From assembly GCA_004022145.1 (NCBI GenBank), contig RCNU01000001.1: DNA of 64,000 nt. The stretch is one strand, 5' to 3'. The notes under the pieces are model-generated. The model saw only the letters and a list, made by a program, of their open reading frames with translations, was not told the origin of the DNA and searched no databases. Each line of letters opens with the position of its first letter. Within the stretch, counting starts at the first letter, position 1. The translations under genes and the position numbers were made by a program. Below, in pieces: positions 1-13,095 of this stretch. Source of the DNA: Paecilomyces variotii (Eukaryota).

Positions 1-1150
1 GTAAAGCAGGATGGATTAGACATCATGGATAACCGCTGATCCTGGTTTCGATGCTAATCCTGATCTATCTAGATAAGGAATTCATGTCCCAGTACCTTGG
101 GTCGGTTCCCCGCATCAGTGACGGGACAGCCATTCCCAGGCACAGCGATAGACGATCCAGGCACAATTAATTTATACAACAACACGACGTGTATTGTCGC
201 TGCTTTGCAGCCGTGCTGCTGTTAAGGGACATTATTAGGTGGCTTAATCTTCGTCTAAAGAGCAACATCATTAGTTCATACAGAGCCTGTGCGTCTTTAG
301 CCTCGGGCATATAAGAGTACCTAACTCCTGCCATCCGCTGAGTGTTGGTCGCTCACAAACCTGAGATCTTGACCGGAGTTGACGGCAGAAGACCGGACTC
401 ACCGGATAGATCTTGGCAAACTAGGCTCTTTTTTGAGTACTCCGTAGATATGTACCAGTAAGTTAGTTTCTGCGCTATATCCGTGTTTTCTGGGTATTAT
501 TGGTTTACGGTTAGCAATTCGCAGGTTAGCGGGATCTAAACGGTAGGATAGTTATCTTCATACCGTACTTACTTACTCTACTGAGTAGGCGGCCCTATGC
601 AGGTTATTAATAGCTTCATTTTTATGCGTTTGACTCGGGAGGTGACCCGCCTGTACCTGTCCTATTTTCACTATCATTATTAATGACTTCCTGGGCCCCT
701 ACAAACCCACGTGGACGGCTCTGATCTTCTAGTCTCTTCCTGCTGCAGATACGGAATTGAGGCTATCAACCGACCCCACCATGAGGCACTGCTGGGCGTC
801 GAAAAAAAAAATAATAAATGACCGATCAGCTTTATGCCGGCGTTTCTCTGGAATGCGACGGACGGACCATGAAATATCCGAACTGGGCCAACGGGCGTGT
901 TGATCTTATGGACAGCGCCGCCTATATGCCCCACGATACCATAGAGAACATTCTACTGCACTCGTGGGAGCCGTGTCTCTCGCTTGGTGCTAATGAACAA
1001 CAGTGGTTCTGCTAAACGACAAATGATTGGTCTTGTCGATCACTGTCCCCGCGCAATGTCTCGCATGGCTATATATTCGCCAGGTCAGCTTCCGGTGTTG
1101 AGGGTATCCATGAAAGAGGGTTACCTGCAGTGTGCCTTGCATCAGCCAAC

Positions 1151-2885
1151 ATGGGATCCTTTGTCGTCTCCGCTGTGACGACTTTGCTGTTTCTTTCTCA
1201 GGCTGTCGCTGGATCATACGCGCCGACACCGATCTCTTGTCCTTCTTCGTCTCTGGTCCGGCCTGCCGATAGTCTGAACAGCAACGAGGCATCCTACGTC
1301 TCTCAGCGAAAGCAGAAAGCTGACAAAGCGTTGAGTTCCTGGTTGTCAAAGACCAATCCTGGATTTGTGGTCAATGGCACCTTGCCAACGGTGAGTCTCG
1401 ATCTGCATCTTCAAGAATATCATTCGCTGCTGACTAGAATTCTAGCTGGGATTGGCCGTCAGTGGTGGCGGATATAGGTCCCTCCTGGTCGGTGCAGGTG
1501 TAATTCAGGGATTTGATGAGCGAGACAGCAATATTAGCACCAGTGGCCTATATCAAGCTCTGACATATCAGTCAGGCCTGTCCGGTGGTGCTTGGCTATT
1601 GTCCTCTATTATTGGAAACAATTATCCAACCATCACCTCATTAAAGCAGGGTCTATGGGAACAAGCTTTCCAGGACAGCCTTCTGGTTCCCGAAAACTTG
1701 CTAGTTGCAGTTGCTTATGCAGATATCGCTTCCGATATCGAGGCGAAGGCAGCCGCAGGCTTCCCCCCGACCTTAACTGATCCGTGGGGTCGGTTGCTTT
1801 CTTATCAGCTTTTTTACGGCACTGATGGAGGCGTCGACATCACTCTGTCGTCCGTTTCAGGCCTGTCTAATTTCACTGACTTCGAGGCGCCCTTCCCCAT
1901 AATTCTCGCGCTTGGCGTGAAGACCTGGGAAGGCGACTGCACCCCTGGACCGAATGCCACAATCTATGAATTCACTCCCTATGAGTTTGGATCATGGGAT
2001 AGCGACGTAAGCGCATTTACCCCTACGGAGTATCTCGGTACGTCCCTGTCCGGCGGGCAGCCGAGTAATGGCTCTTGCATCACCAACTACGACAACATCG
2101 GCTATGTCCTGGGTACCTCTTCCAACTTATTCAATAATGTCTGCATACCGGTCACGGTTGGCAATTCAACTGGAGACAACTACACATCCTTGGCGCAGGA
2201 CCTCTCCGTAATTGTGAACAAGACTCATGAATTCGTCACGCGTGATGAGTATGCTGTCTATCCCAACCCATTCTACGGATACAATAGCCCGAGCGGAATC
2301 GCCAATTCCGCTGATGCTGTCTGGACTCAGCAGGAGTTGTACCTTGCCGATGGCGGCGAAGCGAACCAGAATGATCCTATCTGGCCATTCCTGCAATCTT
2401 ACCGGGATGTCGATGTGCTTATCGTCAATGACAACTCTGCCGATACATCCGCGAACTACCCCAATGGATCTGAGATCCTGACTACCTACGTCCAGAGTAC
2501 CAATCGCAACCTGACCAAGATGCCTTACATCCCCTCTGTTGACATCTTCCTCGCCGAGGGACTGAACACGCGACCGACCTTCTTCGGATGCACAGAGAGC
2601 GACAAACTAACAATCATCTATATTCCCAATGTAAATATGACCTATAATAGTGGACAGTCCACCTACAAACTCTGGTATACGACAGATGAAACAGACGCAA
2701 TGATTGGCAATGGCGTCGCCATGGCCGAGCAGGCGGACGATGACAACTGGGCGACATGTCTTGGGTGTGCTATTCTCGCGAAGACCTCATTCACGCTCCC
2801 AGTGGATTGCACTCTGTGCTTTGCACAATACTGTTACGAGGATCTGAACTCCACATTGTCATCAGTATCGTCAGCGCTGGTGTAA
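1151..2885 (+). CDS. plb: Secreted lysophospholipase / phospholipase B (PLA2_B family), 2 exons (1151-1390, 1446-2885)
   Basis: Signal-peptide-like N-terminus (MGSFVVSAVTTLLFLSQAVAG), then SYAPTPISCP, SGGGYRS and the catalytic GLSGG motif, LADGGE. GT..AG intron 1391-1445 joins the two ORFs in frame. Confidence 0.93.
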
Positions 2886-3496
2886 TTTAGCGGCATGCGC
2901 GGACAGAGATCAACTATTCTTTTGTTGGATAATATTGACTATTGCCGAAGAGATAAGCTGGCTATTGCTTTGTCTCTCTGGAATTAATAAATGAAAAGTC
3001 AAGTTTCTTTCTCTGTTTGAACTTTGCAACCACCAATGAACAGTTTTGGCTATCCACGGTAGGTATAAGCTTAGATAAGATATGGATTTTGACAAGTGGG
3101 GACTCAGATTCCCATGCGATAAAGCTTTATCTGCCAGACAATAATTGTTCGCAAGGCGTCTCCGCTTGGCTTCCTCTTTAGGTTAATATTCTGAGTACCA
3201 GCAAGAACCTGGACTTTCTTGTATCTTACTATTACTCTGATAGGGAAACCCCCTTCGGTTTTTTCTTGAGTTTAAGTTCCTGTTGCGAGCAAGACGGAAG
3301 TGAGTACATTCAGTACGATATCGCAAAAGTGGGGGGCGTACATAGAGGACCGGGGTAGATATATAACGGCGACACTGACTGCGCAGAAACAGATTTAAAT
3401 TCCAAGCAAAGACGAGTGTTAAGGTATAATTTCCTTGCATCGCTATACTCGGTTTCTCTCATTCCATATCCTTCCGGGATTTCCAGTACGATCATC

Positions 3497-4872
3497 ATGA
3501 GCACCACTCTCAAGACTCGCTTCGGCGATATCGCCATCCAGAAGGACATTGTCCAGGGAGACTTTGACAACATTCCTATTATCGATCTTGCTCCCATGTC
3601 GAGTCCCAATATCGAGGAACGAAAGGAGCTAGCAAAGCAGATTTACGATGCTTGCTCGCGTGTTGGGTTCTTCTACATCAAGGTCTGACTAGCGGTATCA
3701 GAACTACCATCCATGTGGATTTATCTGACTTTGGGATATATTGTATAGAACCACGGTGTTCAGGAAGACCTCATTCGCAAAGTCCACGAAGCGGCACACG
3801 ACTACTTCGCTCTTCCGGAGGATAAGAAGATGGAGAGTTACATAGGAAATTCGCAGGTAAGACTCACTACTTTCTTCTCCCGTCAGTCCTCGACCAGTTC
3901 TGAGTTGCCTCTAGAAATTCCGCGGTTTCAGCCCTCTCTATGGAGAGCACTCAGACGAGGAGCTCAGCGACAAACCGGCTGGAAACCTGTCGGAAGCCTT
4001 TGACATCGGATACGAAATTGCCGGCGACAGCCAGAAGGGCCCCGATGACGTCCTGCCTCCAGACCACTACAGTCTATATGGAGGCAACCAATGGCCTAAG
4101 GAAGAGCATTTGCCAGGCTTCAAGAAAACCTACCTTGCCTACTTCCAGGAAATCCTTGAGCTCAGTCGTCGCATGATGAAGATTTTTGCTCTTGCCTTGC
4201 AGCTTCCGGAAGATTATTTCGATGGTATCGTGAAACATCCGGGCTGCATCTCCCGCCTGATGCATTATCCTCCTCAGCCTGTACCTGGTGAGGAGGTCGC
4301 GGGTATTGACACCCACACGGTATGACTATCTATATCTCCGAGAAGAAACGGAATTAGCAGCTAATCCCAAGAAGGACTACGAATGCTTCACTATCCTCTC
4401 TCAAGATAAGGTTCCAGCGCTACAAGTTCTCAACGTCAAAGGCCAGTGGGTTGCAGCGCCCCCGATTCCTGGAACGTTTGTCATCAACATTGGTGACTTC
4501 TTTGCTTTCTGGTAAGAATATATTCCGTCTCAGGGAAAAAAAATACGTCCATATTAATCAAAAATTAGGACAAACGGCATCTTCAGATCGACTCTTCACC
4601 GTGCAACAAACCTAACCGGAGAAGAGCGGTTCTCCGTCCCCTTCTTTTTCGGTGTCGACTACGACGCCACTATCTCTGTCCTTGAGAGCTGTATCACTGC
4701 TGAAAACCCAGCTAAATCTGGGCCGGTCAAGGCAGGAGAGGTGAGTTTTTCCCCGCATTTGGGAGTGCTTATAGAAACAAGAGCTAATTGGTATATATAG
4801 CATGTCCGCAAGCAACTTTCTAACACTTACATCAAGTTTGGTGAGAAAGCAACGGTGGAAGCTGCTGCTTGA
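3497..4872 (+). CDS. 2-oxoglutarate/Fe(II)-dependent dioxygenase (IPNS/DIOX_N family), multi-exon
   Basis: DIOX_N motif IPIIDLAPM...ACSRVGFFYI, RLMHYPPQP, HxD (HT|DYECFT split by an intron), NIGD, STLHRA, ERFSVPFF. About five canonical introns. Confidence 0.92.
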
Positions 4873-5498
4873 GCCAACTATCGAATATTCTGGAATGCGA
4901 AGCTAGTTGTTGATTGTTCTACTGAATGGATTGTACCTAGTCAACTCTGTGTGGTTAGCCAAATGAATGTTCTCTCTATTTGAATAATTATTCACAAGTA
5001 TATACAGAGCTTTAATCCCGTAAGGTGCTGATGTAAACCATATAGCCATCTCTTCTTTCGTTGTACATACAAGTATATTCAGTACCTGACAACTCCATAA
5101 GGCGAGAGATGGAGGGTGTTGCAAAAACCCCGCTTTCTGGCTTTAGCGGGGAGGGATCTTCTTTGAAAACTCCATGGAGCCTCTCCATGGTCCGAATAGG
5201 GAGTCTCCAGCTGGATAAATGTGGACTAGCTCTGTACTACTGTGTCATCTGGAGCCCTGACTGACAAATGAACCTTTGTTGTGGTAACAATATATGGCGT
5301 TGGAGAATGGGGAGGGCGCCGTGCGAGATCTACAACTTTCTAGGCGGTGTTCTAGGCGGTGAGTATTTGAATGTCGGTTCTGCCGGTTAGTTCCCCACCG
5401 TCGAGGTGGGCAAGATCTGTGTAATTACAAACTCGACTGTTATCGCCCCTTTCAATATTTTGTGCATACTGCAGCATTAGCTGCTCATTATAGTCAAA

Positions 5499-8109
5499 AT
5501 GGCTCCGGCTTCTCCAGTATCGATACCGCTATTCGCCCAAACGCAACAGCAGCTCCTGTTGAAAGAGCACGAAGCTGAAGTCTCATCGTCCGCACTTGCT
5601 AGCAAAGCTGCCTCCGCCTCCGCTTCAACGCGTCGAACACTACAAGCGACAGGATATGCATTAACTGGAATCATCCTGGCACAATGCCAGACAGGAATGG
5701 GAGGTCGCCTTGTTGGAGAATTTACAGCAGACCCCGCAATGTCCTCGAATTCTAAGACGGCTGGTGGACAGACAGATGCGAGCGGGGAAGCTCGACTAGG
5801 GGCCCATGGAATCAGAGTCGGTGATGTCGTTCGAGTCAGCGATACTTCTGCGGGGGGTACCAGGAAATCAGGGAAAGATAAAGACAAGGATGGTACGAAG
5901 TCTAATGCCGCACAAGGGATTGAAGGCGTTGTCACGAGAGTTGGTGAGCGAAGCGTATGGATCGCTTTTGGTCAATCAGGAAGCGGAGGCCGTCCGAAAG
6001 AGGATGATGAAGGCGTGGAAGAGCTCTGGGGCAAAAAGCTGTGGCTGTATGTTTGTTGTCATGCTGTGCTTGTAGGACTCGCTTTCTATGACCGATATCA
6101 TGACTGACGAAGATATGCAGTATAAAATTGGCCAACGACGTCACATACAGACGGTGAGTCCAGAACTGCAAGGAGTATACTAGGCCTAGGCGCTGATTGT
6201 CTCCAGCATGAACCAGACCATGCAGAAAATGGAGAAGATGGCCGAGTCAGAATATACTTATTTCATGAGGATGGCTTTTGGCCATACTTCGCCTTCTTCT
6301 GTCGACATCGACTCCCTGGGCACGGTGCAGTTTCACGACCCTACCTTAAACGACTCCCAGAAGGAAGCTATCCGATTCGCGCTTGCCTCGAAGGAGATTT
6401 CACTCATACATGGACCGCCTGGAACTGGAAAAACGCACACCCTGATAGAGCTCATCCGTCAGATGGTTCAACGGAACTTGCGCGTGCTCGTCTGTGGACC
6501 CTCCAATATCTCCGTCGACAATATTGTTGAGCGGCTCGCGCCACATAAGATACCGATCGTTAGGATTGGTCACCCAGCGCGCCTTTTGCCTTCCGTGTTA
6601 GACCATTCTCTCGAAGTGCTTACTCAGACGTCAGAAGCTGCGGAAATCGTGAAAGATGTGCGCAAAGAAATTAATGATAAGCAAGCTAGTATACGGAAGA
6701 CGAGAAACGGTAGAGAGCGACGGGCTATTTACGGAGATCTCAAGGAGCTGCGAAAGGAGTACAGGGAACGTGAGTCCAAGTGTGTCGACAATCTTGTCAG
6801 AGGGAGTAAAGTAACGCTGGCGACTCTACATGGAGCGGGAGGTTACCAACTGAAGAATCAGAAATTTGATGTTGTCATCATTGACGAAGCCAGTCAGGCT
6901 CTCGAAGCTCAATGTTGGGTTCCGCTTTTATCGGCTTCGAAGTTGGTTCTGGCTGGTGATCATTTGCAGCTGCCACCTACTGTGAAATCCTCAATACAAA
7001 AGTCGGCCACAAAGTCCAAGACAAAAGACAACAAAGTTGAGGACGGAGAGAACGAACCAAAGTCATTACCAGGAATCTCCCTAGAAACGACTTTATTTGA
7101 TCGGCTACTCTCTCTTCACGGTTCTGGTATTAAAAGAATGTTAACTATTCAATATCGCATGCACGACAAGATCATGAGGTTTCCATCAGACGAGTTGTAC
7201 GAGTCTAAACTTGTAGCTGCAGACTCAGTTAGGAGCCGGCTATTGAAGGATCTGCCATACGATGTGAAGGACACGGACGACACGAGAGAGCCCCTTGTGT
7301 TTTGGGACACTCAAGGTGGCGACTTTCCGGAGAAGACTGAAGATGAGGAGCTCGGAAAGAAGGAGGCACTGTTAGGGGAGAGCAAAAGCAATGAAATGGA
7401 AGCTGCAGTCGTTTCTAGACACGTCGGCAATCTTATCGAAGCAGGGGTTAAGCCGGAAGACATCGCTGTCGTGACACCGTACAATGGACAGCTGGCTGTC
7501 CTGTCTCAAATTCTCAAAGAGAAATATCCTGGAATTGAATTAGGTAGTGTGGATGGGTTCCAGGGACGAGAGAAGGAAGCCGTCGTTGTTAGTCTTGTCC
7601 GGAGCAACCCAGAGCATGAGGTTGGATTCCTTGGAGAGAAGCGGAGGTTGAATGGTAAGTCCCACTCATTCCCTGAAAAAAAAAAAAAAGTTTTGGTCGA
7701 GGTGCGGTCTCTGCTCTCTCCTGGCACTATGTGATCGTAGTCCAGGAATAGGTGATCGGCCTGTATGGACCAAGCGGAGAGGGTACCTGCGTCAGCTAAG
7801 ACATAAGGTGGTCTTGCTAATGCCAATCGCAAACAGTCGCGATGACTCGCCCCAAACGTCATTTATGCGTCTGCGGTGACTCGGAAACAATCAGTCGGTA
7901 AGTGTCCAGATGAATATTTCATTTCTTCTCTTTGATGACGCCGAGAATTCCCCAACAACGGAGTCTGCTCCTCCGATATAGACAAAGAAGGCTAATCTCT
8001 GGTGCTCTTTTACAGTGGAAGTGGCTTTTTGAAACGCTGGATGGACTTCCTTGAAGAGAATGCCGACCTACGGTACCCTGATGCTGGGGAGATGTTACAA
8101 AGCTCCTGA
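5499..8109 (+). CDS. HCS1: SF1 UPF1-like helicase, Hcs1/SMUBP-2 (IGHMBP2) ortholog, 5 exons
   Basis: Walker A HGPPGTGKT, DEASQ, GDHLQLPP, LTIQYRM, SVDGFQGREKE, RRLNVAMTR (spliced), and a 32-nt exon 6121-6152 encoding IKLANDVTY. Confidence 0.93.
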
Positions 8110-11100
8110 AAGCCTGTCCATATCTTAGACTGCTGGGAGATCATCAAGAGATGAGCGTTGCCTGATCTGCGTAACGGCTAAACAAGATCTTAACTAATTG
8201 CCAGGTATCTTGGGATGCTCAGCCTCTGGGGAGAAAATGACTGCGAGATATCCAGGAATTAGTGGTGGCCCATTCATCACTGCTTCGTACCAGCAGTTCT
8301 GTATCGCTCCTCGCGCCGTCTATTGCCATCAGCGCAGCTGATCAACCCATTGGTACGCTCGAGCTTACTCGGTTCAAGGTACGAAAATCAATGCCCGGAA
8401 CGCCAATCATAACATCCTGAGTGCAGCTACGACATATTATCCAAACATAAATCCGAATAGCAGGCAGCTTTAGTGATACGGAACCTCCGTTGCACCCTAC
8501 CTCGGAACTGTGACGAACTCAATTTCATGCATATTCTTGAGCGCCTCCAAATCACTATCCCACTGCAGTAAGATAACGAACCTGCAACCTAGTGGAATGT
8601 GGAAATTTTCCATATCAAGCTAGAAAGTACATATTGCACGGGCCCCCTAGGCAGTGTCTGCCAGTAGTGGAGTAGTGCACACAAGCCAGGACCTCGCTGT
8701 GCACGACGCGCTGCGGGGACCATCGCACGAGGACTCAAACATTATTGTCACCACTTGGATGACCATCCTAGCCTTCGCGGCTCCGGAGTGCATCGGTGTA
8801 GCAAACTTCCACAATTCGAGAGTGAAAGGGGTTAAACACTGATAATACGGAGTCAGAGTACCAGTTGCGGACTCACAGCTCCTGCATCTAGGGAACGTCA
8901 AAACCGTACTGGCGGGCCGTTGAGCCCCATCCAAATCAAACTAGATAGCTTCCACCGTTTTTTTGTTGTGGAATCCTGAGTGTTGGCTACGGCGACCGTT
9001 GTTCCAACGGTATCAAAATGCGGCGGCAGACACTGGTCCAAAAAGTCCGGGGCCCTAACAAACGATTTCGGAAAAAAATACTGGAATAGACTACGGAGTA
9101 GAGTATTATTACTCGGCCTTTCATGTCATCCAACAGGAGAATTACTCTAGGTTTTGGAAGCACATATGGTCCGGTATAAAATCATTACAAGCCACAGGAC
9201 AAAAAGAGACTGGGGTCTAGCGCTGGAAGTTCACAACGTTCAACGTTGTCACTCATCTCATTTTTCTTCTGTGGAGGCAACAAGCCGGAAATACGCAGTG
9301 TCCCTGACTAGAGTAAGGGGGACGGGCTGTTCCTGCTCCATGCGCCGCCGTCGTGGGGAAAAGGATGTTTCAGTAATGGCATGGACCCACGACTCACTCC
9401 ATTTCCACTGTCTAAGAGCGAAGCTCCTTCTTGTTTTTCCCGTGGCAATGTCCGGTCAAAATGCATATGGTCAATGGTATTTCTTCCCCCCCTGATACTA
9501 CTATTGGATTCCTTCAGGGTTCCAATGGTAGTTGGCAGCTCCGTCCTGGATTTCCAATGGTACGGAGTAACGACTATCAGTGGCTGACGCTGACAGCTGC
9601 CGGTCCTGATCAGAGTCAGACTCTAGAGCATGGACAGTGCGGGAGCCGAAGGTCCGAAGCGACTTCATGACGGATCGAGCCGGCCTGTCAAGCTGCTGGC
9701 GGGTCTTCCAGAAAGCTATACTGATCATTACTGACCACTCACCACCTCGATGGCCAGTAGCTTTCCTCTAGGACCAGCTAGCAGCTTTCCGATTGAATTG
9801 TCGACCGGGTTCGGGGGATAAGATTCTCAGGAGGTGGATGTTTGCACCGTCCACGGCTCCCTTATCTGAGTAAATGCCCATACTTTTTTACCTAAGTTAC
9901 CTAAATAGAGACTATTAACTATTCGGCAGCGGACCCAAGCAGCTTACTGTCGTTAGGTATCGCGGATGATACGCCACGAACTTTGACAAGCCCATCAGGA
10001 ATCTCTTGGACGCTCTGCGGCTTCAGGCCTTGTCGCTTGCGATTTATTATCGCTATGAAAGCAGTCAAAAAGCGACTCGTACACTGTACGAAAGTTCCGA
10101 TTGATCGAAACTTCTAACTCGGTCGGAGCTCATCGCATGCATCTGCCGGGAGTCTGCCATGTGGCCATATGGGAACCGGCCTCGTGAAGCGTCGTTTCAG
10201 CCACTCGCCAAGCTCATCTGGGGGTCTGGCATATCGCGTATCATTCGTGTCTTGGAATAGCACTCCGCACCCCTGGATCCCTGGTTAGGAGCTCGACCGG
10301 GCCGTATGGTACGCCATTAGATGGGCATTCCCGGAGAAAAGAGCAGATACCCATGCGATCCTGTCGAACATCATGGTACATATTACGGGCCAGAATAATA
10401 ATGGCTTGCTGGGGGCCGATGGATGGGCATACTCATAGGCTGCTGCTCGCTAAGGAGACAATTGTTCATTATCTCGGTCCTCCAACCGTGCTTTGATGCA
10501 GGGGCCGTGACCAAAACGCCCGTTCGTTCGCCGGCCCACTTAGCGACGATTATCATCCGGTCATCGCGCCTTCGACCACTCAGCTTTCCATTTGCTGGTC
10601 TTCGGCGGCTGCGAAGTTCGCAGTAGTCCATTCCAGCTCGTGCGGTGGTTCCCCGTGCTGGATGGCGCTGGTCGATCTGCTCCCGCCGCGAGGAACTGAG
10701 GGTCGAACTCTCTTTCGCTGCAGTACCATAGAGTAGTAGGTCATCTGTGCCCCTCTATTATTATTGGCATAGCGGTTTTTGACCGTGTCCAGGGAGTGGA
10801 GGGATCCCGGCACGGAGATCGAACCCTTGTGATGCTTGCAGATCGTACATCTGGACCTGCGCTCCCGGCGTATTTCTTTTTCTCCTCCTTTCAAATCGTC
10901 TTTGGCCTATCTGGATTTCACAAAATGACCGCTGGCTAGTCACCCAGTACCATAGACGCCTGCCAGTCGACCCAGCCTCACGCCTGCGCAGCTCGTGGAT
11001 ATGGCCGCTGGTGTGTCTAGGATTCCGACTGTTCATTGTCGGGCCGATTCATAACCATAACATGCGCACCCGGCAACACCTACCACTCCCACTGGCACTC

Positions 11101-11391
11101 AATTAAGCGATCAAATTGCCTGTGCGCTTGTATTGCGGCGATAGTCAGGCCGGCTGAAAGGTGGAAGCATACCCATTATTCATTCTCATACACTCGTTTC
11201 CTTTCCGTGATCTTCCAAGTGATTTGGCCACGGGTGGATTGTTACTTATAGCTTCGTCCGCTGGGGACTTACATGACTATGGAATCGTGTTGCCAACTGT
11301 AGCCTGTTATCACGAGATTACATTCCTTGAGCAAACAGAAACCTTTTTTTTATTTGTGCGATCAACCCTTGGTTATCGTCTCCTATACGAT

Positions 11392-13095
11392 ATGGCTTTA
11401 CGAAGCCCAAGCACCTCACACGGCATTGTTCGAAGCCACCCCAGCGTCGCCATTCGTCGCGGCGATATCAAGATATCGGATCCGATTCCCATACCTCGAG
11501 AAGGGCCCGATGGATTCGGGCCACAGAGCCTCAAACGCCCTTCAGTGTCTAACCTTCGACAAATTCGTCAATCCCAATCTTCCGCAACATCAAACTCCCG
11601 ACGGCAGATCCAAGGCCCGACCATGTCCTACCACAATCAACAAGACTCAATCTCGAGTTCGATATCTAGAGAGTCCAATCTACAACGACGGCGGGGGAGT
11701 GCTTTGAAGACTGTTATGCGGAAAATATTTGGGAGAAAGCGCGGGAGTGACGCCAATGGATTCGATACCCATTTTACAGAGTTACATATTGGGAGGAATG
11801 GAAGCGTATCGCCTGACCACGGGCCAGAAGGTGCTACATTTGTCACAGTCCCTGAATCTTTCCGGGCGGATCGGTCAGCATCATTAATAGCTGGGGCCGG
11901 TCATTTTCACCATGGCATTGAATCTAGCGACGGTACCCTCACGGAGAACACTGGCCGTATCGATAAGCAGCCACGTCCACGTCGCAGAGCCACCTTACCA
12001 AGTTTGATACTTTCTGACGAAGATGCCCGTGAGGTAGTCAGCACGTTTACCCGATCAGACGGCGCGGCCGGCGGTACAGAGCAACCGTCAGAAGCAAGAA
12101 GGATTCTTGATGATCTGCGGCGCAAGCAAAAACTTGAAGATAAAAGGCGCTCGCGAAGCGCGACCGCCCTTCGGGAAATGGCTAAGGCGCATGAGATGTC
12201 CCCCGTCCAGTGGATACAGGGGAATGATGAGAGGAAATCTTGGCGAACCAGTTTTCTAGGTGCGGATGTACCTCAAGTTATTACTTCGAGACCTCAGACG
12301 GGTGCATCAGCAGTCGTGGAAGAGAGAGAGATCGCGCCTTCAGAGGCCGATGAGACTGAGCCGGATACTGAAGCCGAGAGCGCCCACTACAACTTTGAGA
12401 ACCTAATAGGGTCAATGCCCAATGATGACAGCATCACGCTGGAACAAAGAGTGATTACTCTGGAGGTGAAGTTGCTCGATTTAGAATTGGCCATTGCGAA
12501 ATTACAAGGCAAAGACAACCGTCGGAAAAACTCGAAACCGGATCACAAGGGCTCTTATCCCGCCGGCCAGCTTTCCATGTCCTATCAGTCGGGCGGCAGC
12601 GATGGTTCTGGCCGAAGCTCCACGTGTGGCGTTGGCGAAGGGCGGCCGGCGAGTACCAATACACTACGTCCTAATGTCCAGGCTCGAAGTCCAATGTGGC
12701 ATGCGCCGTCCACTACTTCGCTCGCTGACATGAACGGTATCACTGTAGAGCAGTACAGTGCACTCATCACCCTCATCCGACGAGAACAAACGGCGCGCAG
12801 AACATTGGAAACTCAGGTGTCTCAGCTCCAGGACGATATACGACATCTGCAGCGTGTAGCTGTAGGCTCGTTGACTTCTGGGACTGCCTATCCCATCCCG
12901 AGCCCAGATGCACAGGAGGTGCTTCGGTTCCGGCGCGCTATGGGCCCTTCCAGGTCTACGACCCCTGCAGAGGAGAGGTCACCAGACCGCTACGACAGTG
13001 ATAGCGAGAATTCTGATCCCTACGCCGGGAGCGATCCTCATATGAAATCTAATCTGGACATTGAACAGCGACAGCCAGCGGCTGACATGATCTAG
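11392..13095 (+). CDS. Fungal hypothetical protein, Ser/Arg-rich and disordered, with two predicted coiled coils
   Basis: Long uninterrupted ORF (first ATG 11392). Heptad segments LEQRVITLEVKLLDLELAIAKL and LIRREQTARRTLETQVSQLQDDIRHL; RRRATLPSL phospho-type motif. Confidence 0.78.
   Translation: MALRSPSTSHGIVRSHPSVAIRRGDIKISDPIPIPREGPDGFGPQSLKRPSVSNLRQIRQSQSSATSNSRRQIQGPTMSYHNQQDSISSSISRESNLQRRRGSALKTVMRKIFGRKRGSDANGFDTHFTELHIGRNGSVSPDHGPEGATFVTVPESFRADRSASLIAGAGHFHHGIESSDGTLTENTGRIDKQPRPRRRATLPSLILSDEDAREVVSTFTRSDGAAGGTEQPSEARRILDDLRRKQKLEDKRRSRSATALREMAKAHEMSPVQWIQGNDERKSWRTSFLGADVPQVITSRPQTGASAVVEEREIAPSEADETEPDTEAESAHYNFENLIGSMPNDDSITLEQRVITLEVKLLDLELAIAKLQGKDNRRKNSKPDHKGSYPAGQLSMSYQSGGSDGSGRSSTCGVGEGRPASTNTLRPNVQARSPMWHAPSTTSLADMNGITVEQYSALITLIRREQTARRTLETQVSQLQDDIRHLQRVAVGSLTSGTAYPIPSPDAQEVLRFRRAMGPSRSTTPAEERSPDRYDSDSENSDPYAGSDPHMKSNLDIEQRQPAADMI

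Noticed and set aside
7898..8015. TGATGA (box C-like, 7933-7938) and a small hairpin in the last helicase intron as a C/D snoRNA
   Set aside because: No canonical CTGA box D at a suitable position and no evident guide sequence.
8110..11390. Short ORFs in the 3.3-kb region upstream of the hypothetical gene
   Set aside because: No motifs or consistent splice structure; most likely a long promoter/5' UTR.
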